This document shows, one piece after another, positions 9,698 through 17,535 of a stretch of 57,253 nucleotides of DNA. The stretch lies in assembly GCA_038059315.1 (NCBI GenBank), contig JBBTJT010000058.1, positions 1-57,253 on the forward strand, given 5' to 3'. A program made the translations under genes and the position numbers. A model generated the notes under the pieces. It saw nothing but the letters and a program-made list of their open reading frames with translations. It searched no databases and was not told the origin of the DNA. Position 1 is the stretch's first letter. Each line of letters opens with the position of its first letter. The DNA is from Gemmatimonadota bacterium. Its GTDB lineage: Bacteria; Gemmatimonadota; Gemmatimonadetes; Gemmatimonadales; Gemmatimonadaceae.

Positions 9698-9737
9698 CGA
9701 CGGGGTGTACCGCAGCGGCTTGCGGTACGCCCCGTCG
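9698..9737 (+). terminator. Strong stem-loop terminator after mtrB
   Basis: CGACGGGGTGTACCGCA gcggct TGCGGTACGCCCCGTCG: a 17-bp stem (one G-U pair) with a 6-nt loop, 21 nt after the mtrB stop. No obvious U-tract. Confidence 0.6.
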
Positions 9738-9792
9738 GCGCGCTGAAACCCGGCGGGTGCCCGGCGCGTAGAGCCATCAACCGGAGGCGCTC

Positions 9793-10095
9793 ATGCTCAG
9801 TCTCGCCATTTCCCTTGCAGTCATCGCGGTGGGTGCCCTGATGGGCTACGGCACCGCCCGACGCTTCGTCCGCGACCGTCTGCGCTTCGTCGACTCGGCG
9901 CACAAGCCGGCCGTGGCGGTGGTGGCCGGCCTCGCCGGATTCCTGATCGCGCTGCCAATCGTCAACGTCATCTCGATCCTGCCGCTCGTGCAGCTCGGCG
10001 CCGGCGCTGCCCTCACGCTGGGACTGTCCGTCGGCATGGGGGTCAAGGCCGGGTCCCGGGACGTGCGGGAAGGTCGCTACGAGTTGCACTCGTAA
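9793..10095 (+). CDS. Small integral membrane protein (100 aa), function unknown
   Basis: GGAGG Shine-Dalgarno 6 nt upstream of the ATG. About three hydrophobic helices (LAISLAVIAVGALMGY, AVAVVAGLAGFLIALPIV, LVQLGAGAALTLGLSVGMG). Confidence 0.55.
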   Translation: MLSLAISLAVIAVGALMGYGTARRFVRDRLRFVDSAHKPAVAVVAGLAGFLIALPIVNVISILPLVQLGAGAALTLGLSVGMGVKAGSRDVREGRYELHS

Positions 10096-10100
10096 GTCGA

Positions 10101-10156
10101 TGGTGGTTGGTGGCTGGTGGTTGGTGGCTGGTGGTTGGTGGCTGGTGGCTGGTGGT
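10101..10156 (+). repeat. 8 tandem copies of the heptamer TGGTGGY (G-rich on plus strand)
   Basis: TGGTGGT TGGTGGC TGGTGGT TGGTGGC TGGTGGT TGGTGGC TGGTGGC TGGTGGT, read directly. Begins 5 nt after the stop codon at 10093-10095, in a convergent intergenic region. Confidence 0.9.
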
Positions 10157-10168
10157 TGGCAGCAGAAG

Positions 10169-10198
10169 AGCCCGGCGGACCAGTCGGTCCGTCGGGCT
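10169..10198. terminator. Bidirectional stem-loop between convergent genes
   Basis: AGCCCGGCGGACC agtc GGTCCGTCGGGCT: a 13-bp stem (one G-U pair) with a 4-nt loop. Flanking GCAGCA/TGCTGC could extend it. Confidence 0.55.
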
Positions 10199-10232
10199 CC
10201 TGCTTGTGCTGCCGCGATCCGCGGCCGCCGAC

Positions 10233-10892
10233 CTAGTTCCGGCCGAACCCTTCCACATGCACGTCCAGGTTGTGGTTCACGCGGATTCCGTAGATGCCGT
10301 CCGTCTCATTCATGACCTTCGCGCTGTAGGCCGCCACCTGCTGGTTGTTGACGAAGAGGCGGACGGAATCGGCGTCGGCGCGCACTTCCAGTGCGTTGGT
10401 GGCCTTCCCCGCACCTTCGACCTTCGCCACCGCCTTGGACTCCGACCAGTCGGTAATGGTCTGTACGTCCTTGGCGTTGGCGCGGTGCTTCACCATGAAC
10501 TTGCCGCCCTGACGCACGATGAAGTACAGGTAGGTTGCGTCGGCCGTGCCGAGCTTCTGGCCGCCGAACACGAGGCCGTAGGCTTCCGGGTGCGTGGACG
10601 CCTTCATCTGCGTGAATGTCGCCTTGATCGCGTACGGCCCACGGGCGACGTTGCCGGCGCTCCAGAAGATCGCAGCCGGGCCGGACGTGACGTGCATGCC
10701 CTTGCCCATGGCGCTGAAGGCCACGTCTTCCTTCCTGGCCGTCGGGCGATCCAGGGCGAACTCCCATCCGGCAGGCGCCGGGCCGCTGGACCTGGCCTTC
10801 GTGTCGGGATCGGCATCGGGCTTCATGCCCTGCTGCGCCGACGCCGTGGCGGCGGTGGCCGCGAAGAGGACAACTGCGAGGGTGTGACGCAT
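10233..10892 (-). CDS. Secreted protein with concanavalin/LamG-like (DUF1080-like) jelly-roll domain (219 aa)
   Basis: ORF 10233..11114 trimmed to the ATG at 10892, preceded by a GGAG Shine-Dalgarno. Signal peptide MRHTLAVVLFAATAATASAQQ. Pattern GWEF...GPYAIKATF...YGLVFGG...YLYFIVRQGGKF...IRVNHNLDVHVEGF resembles the DUF1080 / 3-keto-disaccharide hydrolase fold (from memory). Confidence 0.6.
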   Translation of the reverse strand: MRHTLAVVLFAATAATASAQQGMKPDADPDTKARSSGPAPAGWEFALDRPTARKEDVAFSAMGKGMHVTSGPAAIFWSAGNVARGPYAIKATFTQMKASTHPEAYGLVFGGQKLGTADATYLYFIVRQGGKFMVKHRANAKDVQTITDWSESKAVAKVEGAGKATNALEVRADADSVRLFVNNQQVAAYSAKVMNETDGIYGIRVNHNLDVHVEGFGRN

Positions 10893-11004
10893 CGTTGGGG
10901 GCTCCATCGGGTTGGGAAATCGGGCCGCGAGGCACCGGCGACCGGGGAATACGGAATACTTCAATACCCCGGTGCCGCACCGCAAGTTCAGCGATGCATC
11001 ACGG

Positions 11005-11187
11005 TCAGGGGTGACGCCCGGGTGGCTTGCGGAAACGCAGCAGCCAGGCGGCCGCCACGCAGGCCAGTCCGGCCCAGCGCAGCGCGGGCACGTCGAGCCG
11101 GATGCCCGCGCCAAAGAGGACGATACCGATGAGCGCCAGCGAGAGCTTCATCGTGGTGAGGGCAGTCATGTCGGCGATTTCATCCAT
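11005..11187 (-). CDS. Possible small two-helix membrane protein (60 aa)
   Basis: Hydrophobic segments LSLALIGIVLFGAGI and WAGLACVAAAWLL. Sits 30 nt after the stop of the upstream same-strand gene. No convincing Shine-Dalgarno, so the call is weak. Confidence 0.3.
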   Translation of the reverse strand: MDEIADMTALTTMKLSLALIGIVLFGAGIRLDVPALRWAGLACVAAAWLLRFRKPPGRHP

Positions 11188-11217
11188 GGAGGGCGATGAC
11201 GGCAGCGCCCCTGAGGT

Positions 11218-12261
11218 TCAGAGGTCGACGCGCACGCATCCGGGCACCTGGAGAATGAAGTCGGCGCCGAAGGCTCGCGAGGGCGTCTGGAAGCCCGGCA
11301 CGGCCCGTCCGTCGACTACCGCGCGCGCCGCGAGCACCGCCGTCCTGGCAGTGAGCGTGTAGCCATCCGGACACTCCAGCCGAGCCGCGGCGATGTTGCC
11401 CCGAGGGTCGCGCACCTCGCCCCACAATCGTGCGACCGCGCGCGCCCGGGCCTGCGCGCTCGGTCCCGGCGGCCGGCGATCGATGGCCGCGACCAGGCGG
11501 CGCCGTACCCAGGCGCTTCGCAGGATCGGTGCGACCAGTCGCGAGAGGCGCAGCGACCGCACCGTGGCCCTCGACATCGCGGCATAGACGTCGATGTCGG
11601 GAATGCCAGTGCTGTGAAACGCGGTGGAGACGTCGCCCCACGGAATGGTCGCCGTCATCCGCGGTCGGTCACCGAAGTCAATGACCCGCGAGCGCCAGGC
11701 CGGCGGTACGGGGACAATGCGACCTCCCCGACGCACGGCGCCCGAAGTTCCGGCGTTCTCGGCCATCGTCGTGGCGGTGCCGCGCGACACCCCGGTGCCG
11801 CCGTGGAACGCCAGCGTGAGCGACGTCGCCGACGGCAGGCGATGCTTGAGGTGCGCCGCAAGGCAGTCGCTCGGCACCACGTCGAAGCCCGCACCGGGAA
11901 GCAGCATCACGCCGGCCGCCCTGGCCTCGGCGTCGCGGGCGGCCAGCGCCTCGAACACGGCTATCTCGCCGGTGATGTCGAGGCAATGCACCCTGTTGCG
12001 CAGGCAGGCATCGGCCATCGGGCGTGAGGTGCGGGAAAACGGGCCGGCGCAGTGAATGACCACTTCTGCGCCCGAAAGGACGGCATCGAGCGCCGCGGAG
12101 TCGTCGAGCGACGCGACACGCCACTCGAGCCCGTGCGGCTCGGCGAGCGCCCTGACCGCGGCTTCGTTGCGCCCGGCGAGCACGGGGCGCACGCCCGACA
12201 CGAGGCACTCGTCGAGCACCAGCTGTCCGGTGTATCCCGTCACGCCGTAAATGAGGATCAC
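11218..12261 (-). CDS. Saccharopine dehydrogenase-like NAD(P)-binding oxidoreductase (347 aa)
   Basis: GTG start. N-terminal Rossmann motif ILIYGVTGYTGQLVLDE followed by VLAGRNEAAVRAL, typical of the saccharopine dehydrogenase / trans-acting enoyl reductase family. Confidence 0.75.
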   Translation of the reverse strand: MILIYGVTGYTGQLVLDECLVSGVRPVLAGRNEAAVRALAEPHGLEWRVASLDDSAALDAVLSGAEVVIHCAGPFSRTSRPMADACLRNRVHCLDITGEIAVFEALAARDAEARAAGVMLLPGAGFDVVPSDCLAAHLKHRLPSATSLTLAFHGGTGVSRGTATTMAENAGTSGAVRRGGRIVPVPPAWRSRVIDFGDRPRMTATIPWGDVSTAFHSTGIPDIDVYAAMSRATVRSLRLSRLVAPILRSAWVRRRLVAAIDRRPPGPSAQARARAVARLWGEVRDPRGNIAAARLECPDGYTLTARTAVLAARAVVDGRAVPGFQTPSRAFGADFILQVPGCVRVDL

Positions 12262-12265
12262 TCAG

Positions 12266-12994
12266 TCAACTCCCGGCAACGCCGCGTGATTCCCGCCGTG
12301 CGTGGGTCTCGGCGTCGATCCTCACACCTTCGTCGATGGCATCGCGAAAGGCGAGACCGTCGAGCGCGTAGAATAACTTCTTGGTCGTCGCCATGCCGAT
12401 CATCGAGTGCGAGGCAAGGCCGAGCACGACGCGCTCCACCTCGGCGGTGAAGGCCGCGGTGGACAGCACGCGGCTGACCAAGCCGAGGCGCTCGGCCTCG
12501 CTGGCCGTGATCATGCGGCCGCTGGCCACCAGGTCGAAGGCGTGCTTCTCGCCGACGGAGCGACGCAGCATGGTCATGACCATGGCGGGCACGGAGCCTT
12601 GCCGCACCTCGGGATACCCGAAAATGGCGTCCTCGCGCGCGAGAACGACGTCGCAGGCCGATGCCAACCCGGCTCCCCCGGCGAGCACCCGCCCATGCAC
12701 TGCCGCCACCACGGGCTTGGACGACTGCCGAATGGCGAGAAACACCCGTCCGAGGGTCCACGCGTCCTCGGCGTCCTTGTCTTCGTCGAGATCCACAGTG
12801 GCGCCGCTGAAGTGATCGCCCTGCCCGGCAATGAGCACGGCGCGCACGTCGTGGTCGGCCTCGAACTCCTCGAGGGCCTGCCGGAGTTCCACGGCCGTCT
12901 GCACGTCGATCGGGTTCTGCAACTCCGGACGGGCGAGCGTGGCGCGCCCGATGCCGCCCCAGATGCCGACCGCCAGGCGTGGTGCGTCGCTCAC
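12266..12994 (-). CDS. Enoyl-CoA hydratase/isomerase (crotonase) family protein (242 aa)
   Basis: GTG start overlapping the upstream stop (GTGA). Crotonase pattern ...LARPELQNPID...VRAVLIAGQGDHFSGATVD...KPVVAAVHGRVLAGGAGLASACDVVLA...FGYPEV. Confidence 0.85.
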   Translation of the reverse strand: MSDAPRLAVGIWGGIGRATLARPELQNPIDVQTAVELRQALEEFEADHDVRAVLIAGQGDHFSGATVDLDEDKDAEDAWTLGRVFLAIRQSSKPVVAAVHGRVLAGGAGLASACDVVLAREDAIFGYPEVRQGSVPAMVMTMLRRSVGEKHAFDLVASGRMITASEAERLGLVSRVLSTAAFTAEVERVVLGLASHSMIGMATTKKLFYALDGLAFRDAIDEGVRIDAETHARRESRGVAGS

Positions 12995-13344
12995 GGCGCG
13001 ACCGGGAGCCCGGCGGAGCGCGCCTCGTCGTCGGGAACGTCGAGCACCATGCGCAACAATGCGGTGGAGTAGACCTTTCCCTGCGCGTCGGTCTTGAGGG
13101 ACAGCGTGCCTCCGCCGTCGAGCGCGCCGTGGAGCAGGAAATTCAGCGCGCCGAGGTTGGGAAGCTCGAAGCGATCGACGGCGCCGTCAATGAGGCCCTC
13201 GAAGTGCGCGGCGACGCGGTCGCGCGTGAGGTGCCGCACGAGCACGGGATACCAGCCGGGTGCGAGCGCGATGACGCCGACGTTGGCGGTGTCGCCCTTG
13301 TCGCCCGACCGGGCGTGCGCAATGTCGAGGAGGCGTACGCGCAT
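12991..13344 (-). CDS. Small AtuA-associated protein (DUF4387-like, 117 aa)
   Basis: ORF 12991..13677 trimmed to the ATG at 13344, which shares 1 nt with the upstream stop (TGATG). [26 protein letters not shown] matches the conserved SGDKG motif I recall for the partner of DUF1446/AtuA proteins. Confidence 0.7.
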   Translation of the reverse strand: MRVRLLDIAHARSGDKGDTANVGVIALAPGWYPVLVRHLTRDRVAAHFEGLIDGAVDRFELPNLGALNFLLHGALDGGGTLSLKTDAQGKVYSTALLRMVLDVPDDEARSAGLPVAP

Positions 13345-14705
13345 CAGCGAATCTCCACCTGGGTCTGCACCACGGACTTGTCGACCAGCGCCGGCCAGAA
13401 CGCCACGATCTCCTCGACCTTTGGACGCCCGCCGGCGAAGCCCGTCACGCTGGGCGGGCCGTTGAGCACCAGCGGGACGATCTCGCGCGTGAACCGCTCC
13501 ACCTTCCGGCGATCGGCGTCGCGCACGCCGATGCGGAATTGCACCTCGGGCGCGGTCGCACCGGCGTCGCCGGAGAGCCGGCCGTGCGTCGCCGACGCGC
13601 CAACGAACTCGCTGAGCACCTTCTCGAACCTCAGCCCCATGCGGTCGAGTCGTTCGCGCAGCACGCGATCGGCGCACTCCGCCTTTTCCAGCGCGTCCGG
13701 CCAGGCGTAGACCAGCGAGCCGACCGCCTTGTACCCCGACTTGTACGCGATGGAGACCTTGAGCTTGTCGGTGGCCGGCGCGCCGGTGATTCCATGGACG
13801 CGCACGCGGTCGGGACCGGCGTCCTCGAGCCGGATCGACGTGAAGTCGGCGACGACGTCGGGCGTGATGTAGGCATGCGGATCACCCATCTCGTAGACGA
13901 GCTGCTCGGTGACCGTGGCGACGCTGACGCGCCCGCCGGTACCCGGGTGCTTGGTGACCACGAAGGTGCCGTCGGCGGAGCCCTCGACGATCGGGTACCC
14001 GACGTCGGCGAGGTTCGGGATGCTGCGCCAGTTGTGCAGGCAGTTGCCGCCCGAGCACTGCGCGCCGCACTCGATGATGTGCCCGGCGATGATGCCGGCG
14101 GCAAGCTTGTCCCACTCGGCGGCGCCCCAGCCGAATTCGTGGCGCAACGGCGCCATGGTGAGCGCGGTGTCGGTGGAGCGTCCGGTGATCACGACGTTGG
14201 CGCCCCTGGCCAGCGCCTCGACGATGGGCGTCGAGCCGATGTAGGCGTTGGCGGCAATGACGCGATCGCGCACCATGGACAAGGGCTCGCCCGTGTCCAT
14301 GTTCCTCAACTCGTGGCCGGCAGCGAGCAGCTCGTCGAGACGTGGCAGGAGGTTGTCGCCGGTGACGATGCCGATGCGCAGCGAACCCTTGCGCCCAGCA
14401 CCCGCCGCCATGGACTGCACCGCGGCCGCGCAGGCCTCGGGATTCACGCCGCCGGCGTTGGCGATGATCTTCACGCCCCGCTCGGCGACGGCGGCGAGGA
14501 CACTCTCCATGGCGCCCACGAAGTCGCGGGCGTACCCCATGGCCGGGTCGCGCTCCTTCTGCTTCTGCAGAATGGACATCGTGACTTCGGCAAGGTAGTC
14601 GAGCATCAGGTAGTCCACCGGGCCGCCGTCGACCTGGCGGCGGGGCGCTTCGAGCCAGTCGCCCCAGAAGCCCTGCCCGCCGGCCACGCGTACCGTCCGG
14701 GTCAT
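13344..14705 (-). CDS. Acyclic terpene utilisation AtuA-family protein (DUF1446, 453 aa)
   Basis: ORF trimmed to the ATG at 14705 (ATGA overlap with the carboxyltransferase stop). [42 protein letters not shown] is the characteristic AtuA N-terminus. Confidence 0.8.
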   Translation of the reverse strand: MTRTVRVAGGQGFWGDWLEAPRRQVDGGPVDYLMLDYLAEVTMSILQKQKERDPAMGYARDFVGAMESVLAAVAERGVKIIANAGGVNPEACAAAVQSMAAGAGRKGSLRIGIVTGDNLLPRLDELLAAGHELRNMDTGEPLSMVRDRVIAANAYIGSTPIVEALARGANVVITGRSTDTALTMAPLRHEFGWGAAEWDKLAAGIIAGHIIECGAQCSGGNCLHNWRSIPNLADVGYPIVEGSADGTFVVTKHPGTGGRVSVATVTEQLVYEMGDPHAYITPDVVADFTSIRLEDAGPDRVRVHGITGAPATDKLKVSIAYKSGYKAVGSLVYAWPDALEKAECADRVLRERLDRMGLRFEKVLSEFVGASATHGRLSGDAGATAPEVQFRIGVRDADRRKVERFTREIVPLVLNGPPSVTGFAGGRPKVEEIVAFWPALVDKSVVQTQVEIR

Positions 14706-16318
14706 GCCTGGTCTCCGAGCCGGCTGGGCAGCACGAACGGCCCGAGGTGCGGGCCGGGATTCTGCCACGCCGCGCGCAAGGCGATGCCCAGCACCGTGCG
14801 CGTGTCCTCGGGATAGACGATCGTGTCGAGATAGCCTCGGGCGGCCGCGTAGCGCGCATCGAGCTGGTGCTCATAGTCGGCGCGCAACGCCTCCATGGCC
14901 TCCTGCGTCTCGTCGGACGGCGCAACGCCCGCCTTGCGCGCCATTTCGAGAGACGTGCCGTGCACGGCCTGCACGGCCGACTGCCCTTCCATGACAGCCA
15001 TGCGTCCCGTCGGCCAGGAGAAGATGAAGTCGGGATCGAAACCCTGCCCGGCCATGGCATAGTAGCCGGCCCCCGATGCGTGATTCAGGGTCAGCACGAT
15101 CTTGGGAACGCTCGCCGTGGCCATGGCCTCGACGAAGCGCGCGCCGGCGCGAATGATGCCGGAATGCTCCGCCTCCCGGCCAACCATGAAGCCGGAGACA
15201 TCCTGCACGAAGAGCAGCGGGATGCCCTGCCGGTCGCAGCGGTCGATGAAGAACGCCACCTTTTCCGCGCTCTCCGTATAGATGATCCCGCCAAAGCGCG
15301 CCGGTTGTCCGGCGGGCCCCTTGAGCAGGGCGCGCAGGTTGGCGATGACACCCACGGGGGTTCCCTCGATGCGCGCGTCGCCGCAGATCATCTCCCGGGC
15401 GAGGTTCGGCTGGAACTCGTCGAGCACGCCATCATCGAGGATGGTGCGAAGGACGGCGCGCATGTCGTACGGCATGCGATGGTCGTTGGGCAGCAACTCG
15501 TACAGCGCCGACGGATCGACGCCCGGCGTCGCGTCGGCGTCGAACGGCGCGATGCGCACCGGTGGCGCGAGGCGCCCCACGAGGTCGCGAATCTTCAGCA
15601 GGCAGGCGTCGTCGTCGTCCACGGCGTAGTGCGCCACCGCCGAGATCTCGGTGTGGGTGGTGGCGCCGCCGAGCGTCTCGCTGTCGATCACGGCGCCGGT
15701 GGCCCCCTGCACGAGGTTGGGCCCGCCCAGCCCCATGAACGACGTGCCCTTGACCATCAGGATCACGTCGCTGAGCGCCGGCAGGTACGCGCCGCCGGCG
15801 ATGCAGGGCCCCATGACGGCGGCGATCTGCGGAATGCGCAGGTATCGCCGCATGAGCGAGTTGTAGTAGAAGATGCGCGCCGCGCCGTACTGCCCCGGAA
15901 AGACGCCGCCCTGGTACGGCAGGTTGACGCCTGCGGAATCGACGAGGTAGATGATCGGCAGCCGGCACCGCATGGCGCATTCCTGCGCGCGCAGGATCTT
16001 GGGAATGGTCTCCGGCCACCAGGAGCCGGCCTTGACCGTGGCATCGTTGGCCACCACCACGCACGGACGACAGTCGATGTGCACCAGGCCGGTGACGACG
16101 CCGGCCGCCGGCGCCTCGCCATTGTACCTGTCGTGGGCGACGAGCAGGCCGAACTCGAGGAAATGGGAGTCGGCGTCCTTGAGGCGGGCGATGCGTTCGC
16201 GCGCGGTCAGTTTGCCCTGTTGATGCTGGCGCTCGATCTTGTCGGGGCCGCCGCCGAGGCGAAGGCGCTGCTCGAGCTCGCGCGATTCCGCGCTGAGCTC
16301 AGCGAGGCGGGTCGTCAC
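14702..16318 (-). CDS. Acyl-CoA carboxylase carboxyltransferase (beta) subunit, methylcrotonyl-/geranyl-CoA carboxylase type (538 aa)
   Basis: The track ORF 14702..16768 is a fusion artefact. The real start is GTG at 16318 (GTGA overlap with the B12-subunit stop). [54 protein letters not shown] and [18 protein letters not shown] are carboxyltransferase hallmarks. Confidence 0.88.
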   Translation of the reverse strand: MTTRLAELSAESRELEQRLRLGGGPDKIERQHQQGKLTARERIARLKDADSHFLEFGLLVAHDRYNGEAPAAGVVTGLVHIDCRPCVVVANDATVKAGSWWPETIPKILRAQECAMRCRLPIIYLVDSAGVNLPYQGGVFPGQYGAARIFYYNSLMRRYLRIPQIAAVMGPCIAGGAYLPALSDVILMVKGTSFMGLGGPNLVQGATGAVIDSETLGGATTHTEISAVAHYAVDDDDACLLKIRDLVGRLAPPVRIAPFDADATPGVDPSALYELLPNDHRMPYDMRAVLRTILDDGVLDEFQPNLAREMICGDARIEGTPVGVIANLRALLKGPAGQPARFGGIIYTESAEKVAFFIDRCDRQGIPLLFVQDVSGFMVGREAEHSGIIRAGARFVEAMATASVPKIVLTLNHASGAGYYAMAGQGFDPDFIFSWPTGRMAVMEGQSAVQAVHGTSLEMARKAGVAPSDETQEAMEALRADYEHQLDARYAAARGYLDTIVYPEDTRTVLGIALRAAWQNPGPHLGPFVLPSRLGDQA

Positions 16319-16728
16319 GCGTCCTGCGCCTGCTTGGCGGCGTACCAGTCGCGGATGTACTCGATGAGGTCGGTCGTCGGCGTACCAGGCCCGAAGAGCC
16401 TGCCGAGGCCGAGTTCCTCGAGCCGGGTCATGTCTTCCCTGGGAATGATGCCGCCGCCGGTGATCAGGATGTCGTCGCGCCCCTGGGCGGTGAGCAACTC
16501 CCGCACGCGCGGAAAGAGCGTCATGTGGGCGCCGGACAGGATGGAGAGTCCGACGACGTCGACGTCCTCCTGCACTGCCGCACTGGCGATCATTTCGGGC
16601 GTCTGGTGCAGGCCCGTGTAGATGACTTCCATGCCGGCATCGCGGAGGGCGGCGGCGACGACCTTGGCGCCGCGGTCGTGGCCGTCGAGGCCGGGCTTGG
16701 CAACGAGAACTCGAATCGGGCGTTGCAT
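16315..16728 (-). CDS. Cobalamin-binding small subunit of a methylmalonyl-CoA-mutase-family enzyme (137 aa)
   Basis: ORF trimmed to the ATG at 16728 ([37 protein letters not shown]). Contains the DxHxxG B12-binding motif (DGHDRG) and later GGGIIP. Confidence 0.88.
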   Translation of the reverse strand: MQRPIRVLVAKPGLDGHDRGAKVVAAALRDAGMEVIYTGLHQTPEMIASAAVQEDVDVVGLSILSGAHMTLFPRVRELLTAQGRDDILITGGGIIPREDMTRLEELGLGRLFGPGTPTTDLIEYIRDWYAAKQAQDA

Positions 16729-16779
16729 GGGTACCCCAAATAAGCGGTTCGGGCCCCTGAATTGACACCCCCTAGTGAA

Positions 16780-16819
16780 GTGGTGGATTCCCTTGCCGGG
16801 GACGGCGATTTGCCACCAC
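16780..16819. promoter_or_regulatory. Nested stem-loop in the 325-bp divergent intergenic region (possible 5' leader element of the minus-strand operon)
   Basis: GTGGTGG attccctt GCCG ggga CGGC gatttg CCACCAC: a 7-bp outer stem enclosing a 4-bp inner hairpin, 52-91 nt upstream of the ATG at 16728. Function unknown. Confidence 0.3.
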
Positions 16820-17053
16820 AACAGTTGAGGGAAACTGCCCACTTACAAGTGCTGGGCGGACGCTATCATCCGACAACCGACCATGTATAGGGCAAAACCT
16901 TTCGTGTCGCTTCGCAGTTCGGCCGACTGCTCGCTCACGACCTCGGGAAGTTGACGCGTTCCCCGATGACCCTGCGCGGCACCAGCGCCGAGTGCAGCCG
17001 CTCCAGTTCCGTAGTCGCTTTCCCCCAACCTCCCAGGTTCAAGGAGAAGTCAG

Positions 17054-17377
17054 ATGCGCGCACTTCTGCTGATCGGCATTCTTGCCGCCGCCGTTTCCTC
17101 CAGCGCCGCCGCACAGGCTCCCGACGGCAAGGAAGTTTACGACCGTCTCTGCAAGAAGTGCCATGGCGCCACGGGCGTGCCGTCGAAGGTGATGAAGACG
17201 AAGTTCGAGAAGATCGCCGCGTTCGATGCCGCGTTCGTGGCGAAACGCCCCGTCGACGAGATGGTGAAGGTCCTCGTCAAGGGCAAGGGCGAGGGCATGA
17301 AGTCGTTCAGCGAGAAGATGAAGCCCGACGAGATGACCGCAGTCGCCAAGTACGTGCATGAACTCGCCAAGCCGTAG
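17054..17377 (+). CDS. Monoheme class I c-type cytochrome, periplasmic (107 aa)
   Basis: AAGGAGAAG Shine-Dalgarno. Signal peptide MRALLLIGILAAAVSSSAAAQA. A single CKKCH heme site and Met-rich distal region (GEGMKSFSEKM). Confidence 0.85.
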   Translation: MRALLLIGILAAAVSSSAAAQAPDGKEVYDRLCKKCHGATGVPSKVMKTKFEKIAAFDAAFVAKRPVDEMVKVLVKGKGEGMKSFSEKMKPDEMTAVAKYVHELAKP

Positions 17378-17419
17378 ATCACGGCCTTCGGAGGCGCCAC
17401 GCAGGACTCGAGTACGGGC

Positions 17420-17470
17420 GGCGGCGATGGAGCCCGGGCAGGCTGCATCGCCGCCGTGCCGCACCGGCAC
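17420..17470 (+). terminator. Two adjacent GC-rich hairpins after the monoheme cytochrome gene (terminator or processing site)
   Basis: GGCGGCGATG(G)AGCC cgggca GGCT(G)CATCGCCGCC (17420-17455), followed by GTGCCG cac CGGCAC (17456-17470). No U-tract. Confidence 0.35.
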
Positions 17471-17535
17471 GATCTCCGCGCTTCGATAGCGCTCGTGGTT
17501 CCACCGGGCGGAGACTCCCCTGACGAGGGCAGTTC

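Noticed and set aside
10043-10258. 71-aa minus-strand ORF with the repeated peptide PPTTSHQPPTTSHQPP, plus the plus-strand ORFs 10100..10315 and 10107..11132 that begin with WWLV repeats.
   Set aside because: The periodic peptides are just translations of the 7-nt DNA repeat, which cycles through all three frames. The ORFs cross a terminator hairpin and overlap a real gene. I treat this as a DNA-level repeat, not as coding sequence.
14702-16768. A single 688-aa ORF that appears to fuse a long N-terminal extension to the carboxyltransferase.
   Set aside because: The upstream 150 codons are an alternative frame across the B12-binding subunit gene (16315..16728). The carboxyltransferase homology begins at the GTG at 16318, which overlaps the stop of that gene. 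The ORF was split into two genes.
16770-16870. Possible cobalamin riboswitch next to the B12-dependent mutase subunit gene. Fragments seen: GGTGGATTCC, CCACAACAGTTGA, GGGAAACTGCC.
   Set aside because: On either strand the fragments are in the wrong order relative to the riboswitch core as I recall it (GGGAA..GGTG..AA.CC..CCCGCAACTGT, then the B12 box). No B12 box is present. B12 riboswitches normally control B12 supply genes, not B12-dependent enzymes. Only the hairpin is kept, as an unexplained structure.
16843-17028. 61-aa minus-strand ORF in the divergent intergenic region.
   Set aside because: It has no Shine-Dalgarno, no hydrophobic or motif content and Gly/Ala-rich filler, and it would sit across the likely promoters of both flanking operons.
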